A stretch of DNA of 64,000 nt from Deltaproteobacteria bacterium. GTDB taxonomy: Bacteria > Myxococcota_A > Polyangia > Polyangiales > Houyiibacteriaceae. This document shows, one piece after another, positions 59,438 to 64,000 of this stretch (positions are counted from its first letter, which is position 1; each line of letters begins with the position of its first letter). Position numbers and translations under genes: made by a program. The stretch spans positions 96,001 through 160,000 of the forward strand of contig JAXMNT010000003.1 of assembly GCA_034670305.1 (NCBI GenBank), in the 5' to 3' direction. The notes below the pieces were generated by a model. It did no database searches. It was not told where the DNA came from and saw only the letters and a program-made list of their open reading frames with translations.

Positions 59438-60424
59438 TTGCTGCGTCCGGCGCGGGCCGGTCGGTGGGGCGCGGTCGGGCGTGCGCTCGCGATCGCTGTG
59501 CTCTCGGCTGGCTGCGTGTCCGCCGCGCCAGGCGCGCCGCTTCGGACCGGAGGCACCGGAGGCACGACGACTCGGTTGGCCGGGCTCTCGAGCTGCACCG
59601 ACGTGGGCTCCGACGAGTCGGCGATCGAAGTCGGCGAACGACCGGTCGTGATCCTCGTCCACGGCAACGTGGCCGGCCCGTATCGGTTCTCGGCGCTCGC
59701 CCGGGCGATCGCCGCCCACGGTCACGACGTGTTGTGTTTTCGCTGGAACACCCGGCGCCGGATCGGAGGCGCCAGCGAAGCACTCGCGGCCTCGATCGAC
59801 GCACTGCGCCGGCACGTGCCTGAGGTGACGGTGATCGGACACAGCCTCGGTGGATTGATCGCTCGGCGCGCGCTGACCGACGGCGTGCTGCCCGACCCCG
59901 TACGTCAGAGCGCCCCGCTGCGGCTCGTGACCATCGCCACGCCGTTCGCAGGCGTGGCGAGTGCGCGCACGTGCGGACTCCGCTGGGCCCGGGTGTTCTC
60001 CTTTGGAACCGTCGGTGCCATTTGCCGACGCGTCGCGCGAACCGCTGCGTGGCGCGACTTCCACCCGGCCGCGTCGGTGATCGTCGAACCGGGCGTGCTC
60101 TCAAACGAAGTGCAGCTCCACCTTCACGTCGTGACGATCGAACAGGACCAGTGCCGTCGACGCTGCCGCACGGACGACGGGTCCGAAGGTCGCTGTCGGA
60201 AAACCGACTCCGTCTTCCGCGAAGCCGAACAAGACCCGGCGCTCGTCGCGGATCCCCGGCTGCGTTCGACCTCGATCGAAGCGGGGCACGGACACGTGGT
60301 CGGCAACGCCCGCACGGTACCGGCATCGACCGTCGCGATTCTGCAAGCGCAGCTCGGCTGGCCCGACCCGACCACACCGGTGCCGGTGGGCGACCCCGTG
60401 ATCGAACAGGTCGCCTGCGACTGA
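59438..60424 (+). CDS. Lipase/esterase-like alpha/beta hydrolase lipoprotein
   Basis: SAGC lipobox; VILVHG, GHSLGGL, LVTIATPFAG, DSV, GH; start uncertain. Confidence 0.75.
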   Translation: MLRPARAGRWGAVGRALAIAVLSAGCVSAAPGAPLRTGGTGGTTTRLAGLSSCTDVGSDESAIEVGERPVVILVHGNVAGPYRFSALARAIAAHGHDVLCFRWNTRRRIGGASEALAASIDALRRHVPEVTVIGHSLGGLIARRALTDGVLPDPVRQSAPLRLVTIATPFAGVASARTCGLRWARVFSFGTVGAICRRVARTAAWRDFHPAASVIVEPGVLSNEVQLHLHVVTIEQDQCRRRCRTDDGSEGRCRKTDSVFREAEQDPALVADPRLRSTSIEAGHGHVVGNARTVPASTVAILQAQLGWPDPTTPVPVGDPVIEQVACD

Positions 60425-60499
60425 ATCGGTCGTCCGCCATTGGACCCATCGCCCGAAGCCGAGCCAGGCCGAGATCTGCCACGACGACCCGCCTTCGCG

Positions 60500-61498
60500 T
60501 CAGGGCATCGTCTTGGCGCGTTCGATGAACGCACCCACAGCGGTGGCGAACGCGTCGGCGGCGCTGGTGCCGGCTTCGTCGTAGAGGCGTGCGTAGTTGC
60601 CTGGCGACGTGTTCTCGTCGACGACAAGCGGCCCTTCCGCGGTTTCGATCATGTCGAAACCCAGGATGGGGCAGTCGAGGGCCGCGGCCGCACTTAGCGC
60701 GATGCGCCGATGTTCGTCCGTCCACACCGCGAGGTCGACGTCGCCGCCGCGCTGCGCCGGGTCGAACACCTTGGTCCGGCCGTTGCCAAGGTCGACGCGT
60801 TTGCCCGCGCGCTTCTTGTACCCGTAGACGACCTGCCCACCGACAACCGTGACGCTCACCCAACGTTCCGGGTCGTTGTCGTGGTAGCGCTCGAGCAAGA
60901 CGCCGCGCAGGTCGTCCGGGGCGCGGCTGCGGACGAACCCGAGCAGGTCGCGCAACTGCGCGGCGTGTTCGACCAGCATCACCCCGTGGCCCCACGCGCC
61001 CCAGCGGGGTTTGAGCATCGCGGCGCCCCAGCCCTCGAGGATCGGTTCGAGCGCGTCGAACGGCGCATGCGGGTCGACCAACACACACGCCGGTACCGGC
61101 ACACCCGCGCCTCGGAGCAGCGCGTGCGCGCGAAACTTGTCGACCGCGTCTCCCCAGCGCGTCGGGTCGGGCGAGACCGGCCTGCGGCGCGCCAGCGTGT
61201 GAAGCACATCGCGGTGGAACGACCCCGGCGCGCGGTCGATCTCGCAGTACCAGAACAGCCCATCGATGGCCTCCGCGACATCGACGCCATCCACCCACAC
61301 CGCGCCGTCTCGAATCACCGCGTCGCGAAAGTCGACGGGCACGACCGAGACGTTCGGCAGGGCTTCGATCGCCGCGGTGATCTGCGCGTGCAGTTCGCCG
61401 CGCAAACAGCCCCACCGCCTTGGGTGTTCGAAGTCGACTTCCCCCCGACCGGGTCGAACAGGCAGACACAAACCGAGTCGAAATGGAGTCGAAGACAC
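60500..61498 (-). CDS. RimK-like ATP-grasp ligase
   Basis: AVDKFR..GVPVP, LKPRWGAWGHGV, LLERY, GFDM, DENTSPG. Confidence 0.8.
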   Translation of the reverse strand: MSSTPFRLGLCLPVRPGRGEVDFEHPRRWGCLRGELHAQITAAIEALPNVSVVPVDFRDAVIRDGAVWVDGVDVAEAIDGLFWYCEIDRAPGSFHRDVLHTLARRRPVSPDPTRWGDAVDKFRAHALLRGAGVPVPACVLVDPHAPFDALEPILEGWGAAMLKPRWGAWGHGVMLVEHAAQLRDLLGFVRSRAPDDLRGVLLERYHDNDPERWVSVTVVGGQVVYGYKKRAGKRVDLGNGRTKVFDPAQRGGDVDLAVWTDEHRRIALSAAAALDCPILGFDMIETAEGPLVVDENTSPGNYARLYDEAGTSAADAFATAVGAFIERAKTMP

Positions 61499-61583
61499 CC
61501 GCCCTTCCTTTCACGAATCGTTTCGGCTGGCCAGCACGGCTCCCTCCCACCCGTACTGGTGCTCCTGCTGCGCCGGCCTGCGG

Positions 61584-62576
61584 TCAGGCTTTGCGACGTC
61601 GGATCACGACGCCGAACACGACGAGCAGCCACAGCCCCTCGTGTCCGCCGACGCCTGCCGCACAGCCCGAGTCGGTGTCCACCATGCCTGCGTCCGAAGG
61701 CACAGCCGCATCGGAGGCACCCGCATCGGCGGGTCCAGCGTCCGGAACCGGCTCGAGCGCCCACTCGGCCGGTGTGTAGCCACCTTCTTCTGCCGCCATT
61801 CGCCCCACGCTCCTCATCCAATCGCGCCACGCGTACGCGGACGAGACGATGGGCGTGCTGCACGGGTTGATGCCCTTCGACACCACGCCGAGCACGAGCC
61901 CATCCGCGTCGATCGCGGGCGCGCCGGAGTCCGACCGACAGAATGCGTCGTCGCCACTCTGCCACTCCGTCGCTTGGACGAACTCCTCCGCGCAGTCGCG
62001 GCCCACGCACACGACCGGCACTTCGGGTTGGAACCGGCGCGTGCCGATGCCTGTGCTCCCGGTGGTTCCGTAGCCCACCGCCGTGAACGTCTCGCCAGGC
62101 ATCACGTCCCGATCGAGTCGGGGCGGGTACACCCGCGCGCCAGGAACCTCCGCCTGCAGGATGACCGCCGCGATGTCGAACCCGCACTCGTCGTCGCCTT
62201 CGCTCGGCACCTCCACGCGGAGACCGCGCACTGCAACCGAGGTCTCGACGATGGTCACGTCGTTGGTCGAGAGCACCATCGATCCGTCGACCGGCGGCGC
62301 GAGCGGCGCACTGCCACAGACCAGATCCCGCGCGGTCGAAGAGACACAGTGCCGCGCGGTGAGCACCAGGTTCGGCGCAATGAGCACGCCCGTGCAGCTC
62401 GCCACCCCTTCGGGTTTGGTGATCTGCATGCCGAGCACGCCCGCCCACGCTTCGTCGGTGTCGACCGAGCCGTTGACCGCCGCGGTGCGCGCCCCGACGC
62501 CCTCGGTGCGGTCTGTGCTGCAGGACGTGCTGGATGCGAGGAGGCAGACGGCGAGTACCGTAGAAGTGCGTCGCAT
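61584..62576 (-). CDS. Trypsin-like S1 serine protease with MYXO-CTERM-like tail
   Basis: AVNG, CTGVLIAPNLVLTARHC, DIA, CRSDSGAP; DSGCAA..hydrophobic..RRRK. Confidence 0.85.
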   Translation of the reverse strand: MRRTSTVLAVCLLASSTSCSTDRTEGVGARTAAVNGSVDTDEAWAGVLGMQITKPEGVASCTGVLIAPNLVLTARHCVSSTARDLVCGSAPLAPPVDGSMVLSTNDVTIVETSVAVRGLRVEVPSEGDDECGFDIAAVILQAEVPGARVYPPRLDRDVMPGETFTAVGYGTTGSTGIGTRRFQPEVPVVCVGRDCAEEFVQATEWQSGDDAFCRSDSGAPAIDADGLVLGVVSKGINPCSTPIVSSAYAWRDWMRSVGRMAAEEGGYTPAEWALEPVPDAGPADAGASDAAVPSDAGMVDTDSGCAAGVGGHEGLWLLVVFGVVIRRRKA

Positions 62577-62687
62577 GGGCGCAACCGTGACACGGCCGGC
62601 GACGCGGACGCCAGGGCGCCCCGTGTGCAGTCTAATCCGCGTTCGGCTGGTGCCCGTGCGTGCCCGACCGACCCGACGCAGATCCCG

Positions 62688-63857
62688 TCAGGCGCGGGCG
62701 GCGGCGCGTTCTGCGTTCTTCCGAAGCCCGCGCTTCCGCACCAGGTGGCCGACACCGAACGCAAAGCCGAGACCTATCGCAAGCAAGAGCAACCCTATCA
62801 GTGGCCGATACACCACCCATCCCACCGCGATGCATAGGAACGCAGTGGGCACGCTGATGACGAGTGCGGCGAGGAAGAAGCCACCGCCGATGATCGATCC
62901 CAGGAAGGGCACGACGTCGGCCACGACCACGAGCGGGCGGAAGACCATGTTCAATCCGATGAACAGGAGCAGCCATCCGACGAACCGGAGGATCCACGTC
63001 AGCGTTTCGTTGGCCGACTCCAGGTGTCCGAACATGCTGGCCGCTGTCACGACGCCGACCTCGAGGTTCTGCTCGAGCGTGCGTCCGGTGGGTGCGTTCC
63101 ACGCGGAGAAGGTGGGGCCCTGTTGCGCGGCGAGCACGCTCACCACCGTGGGCGGCGCGATCTCCCACGACACGCGCAAGTCGCCGATCTGCGGGGTCGC
63201 CGGGTTCATGCCGACGTACAGGCCCGCGCCGTTGGGCAGCACCGGACGACCGAGGGTGTTGAGCGCAGGCACCTGCGCGGGCGCCACCGGCAACGGTTGG
63301 AACACGTCGATCTGCTCGGTCAGCGCTGGCGTGAGCATCCTCGACCCCAGCATCACCACGTTCGCGTTCACGGAACGGCCTTCGTACGGCATCGGCGGGT
63401 TCTGACGGTTGGGTTCGTTGAACCGGCTCGAGTCCTGGCGGGTCGCGCCCCACTCCATCGCGTACGTGAACTCCGTCACCTCTCGCTCTCCGCCGCCGAG
63501 GCGCTTCTGGCGGCGGGTCCGGCGCGACTCATGCCACTGGTACATCTCGACGGTGCGTCGCAAACGGATCGCCTGTGCCTGCACGCCGAGCTCCGGATCG
63601 GTGAGCGTCTCAGCCGTGGTCGCGGGTCCCATCAGATGCACCAGCGATCCATTGTGGGCGGGATCGATGTTCGCGATGTCGACGTCGACCACCGCGTCGC
63701 GTCCCTGTTCGAGATCCTTGGCGCGTTTGACCGCCCGGCCCTCGTTCCAGAACAGCAGCGGACAACCGCCGATGAAGAGCAAGAGGCCGATGCCCACACC
63801 CTTGATCGACCCGAGCAGTCGACTGCCCCAACCCACGTTCGTCACCTGAATCGCCAT
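62688..63857 (-). CDS. TMEM43 (DUF1625) family membrane protein
   Basis: LLFWNEGRAV, LRRTVEMYQW, PQIGDLRV, TWILR, WVVYRP. Confidence 0.9.
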   Translation of the reverse strand: MAIQVTNVGWGSRLLGSIKGVGIGLLLFIGGCPLLFWNEGRAVKRAKDLEQGRDAVVDVDIANIDPAHNGSLVHLMGPATTAETLTDPELGVQAQAIRLRRTVEMYQWHESRRTRRQKRLGGGEREVTEFTYAMEWGATRQDSSRFNEPNRQNPPMPYEGRSVNANVVMLGSRMLTPALTEQIDVFQPLPVAPAQVPALNTLGRPVLPNGAGLYVGMNPATPQIGDLRVSWEIAPPTVVSVLAAQQGPTFSAWNAPTGRTLEQNLEVGVVTAASMFGHLESANETLTWILRFVGWLLLFIGLNMVFRPLVVVADVVPFLGSIIGGGFFLAALVISVPTAFLCIAVGWVVYRPLIGLLLLAIGLGFAFGVGHLVRKRGLRKNAERAAARA

Positions 63858-63949
63858 CTGTGCTCCCCAATCTCGAAGGGAACACTACACGTCTCGTGCC
63901 AGCTTCGGATTCGAGAACTTCGCCTTTTCTGGGGGGCCCCGCGACGACG

Positions 63950-63979
63950 CTGTCAGACAGACCTGTCAGCCACTGTCAG
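63950..63979. promoter_or_regulatory. Three CTGTCAG direct repeats, candidate regulator site
   Basis: CTGTCAG at 63950, 63963, 63973; includes palindrome GACAG-ac-CTGTC. Confidence 0.4.
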
Positions 63980-64000
63980 CCGCACCAGGCCGCCGAAACG

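Overview
High-GC bacterial chromosomal window. The gene content points to a myxobacterium (Myxococcota, Polyangiales/Sandaracinus-like; inferred from MYXO-CTERM tails, many Cys-rich lipoproteins, Ser/Thr kinases and an MXAN_5187-type protein). About 57 CDS are supportable. They include proS, hflX, oligopeptidase B, peptidoglycan-remodelling enzymes (L,D-transpeptidase, LD-carboxypeptidase, Slt, two SGNH/PatB-like proteins), an AAA ATPase + vWA/metallopeptidase pair, and a TetR/MDR-oxidoreductase pair with clear operators. I saw no rRNA, tRNA, CRISPR array, integrase or intact transposase. Two patches look accessory and visibly more AT-rich. The first (~5.0-9.7 kb) is an operon of a Cys-rich lipoprotein, an FG-GAP lipoprotein, an internally deleted copy of it and a small Cys-rich protein. 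The second (~20.3-22.1 kb) has nested direct repeats, two paralogous CxxC small genes, an Rhs/YD-repeat remnant and a membrane-protein gene, and resembles an orphan toxin-immunity cassette array lying between two paralogous SGNH genes. A recurring intergenic element (hexamer microsatellite followed by a G-quadruplex-like GGGCAN tract shortly upstream of the next start codon) occurs four times. All family assignments come from motif recognition by eye; no database search was run, and many start codons are estimates.
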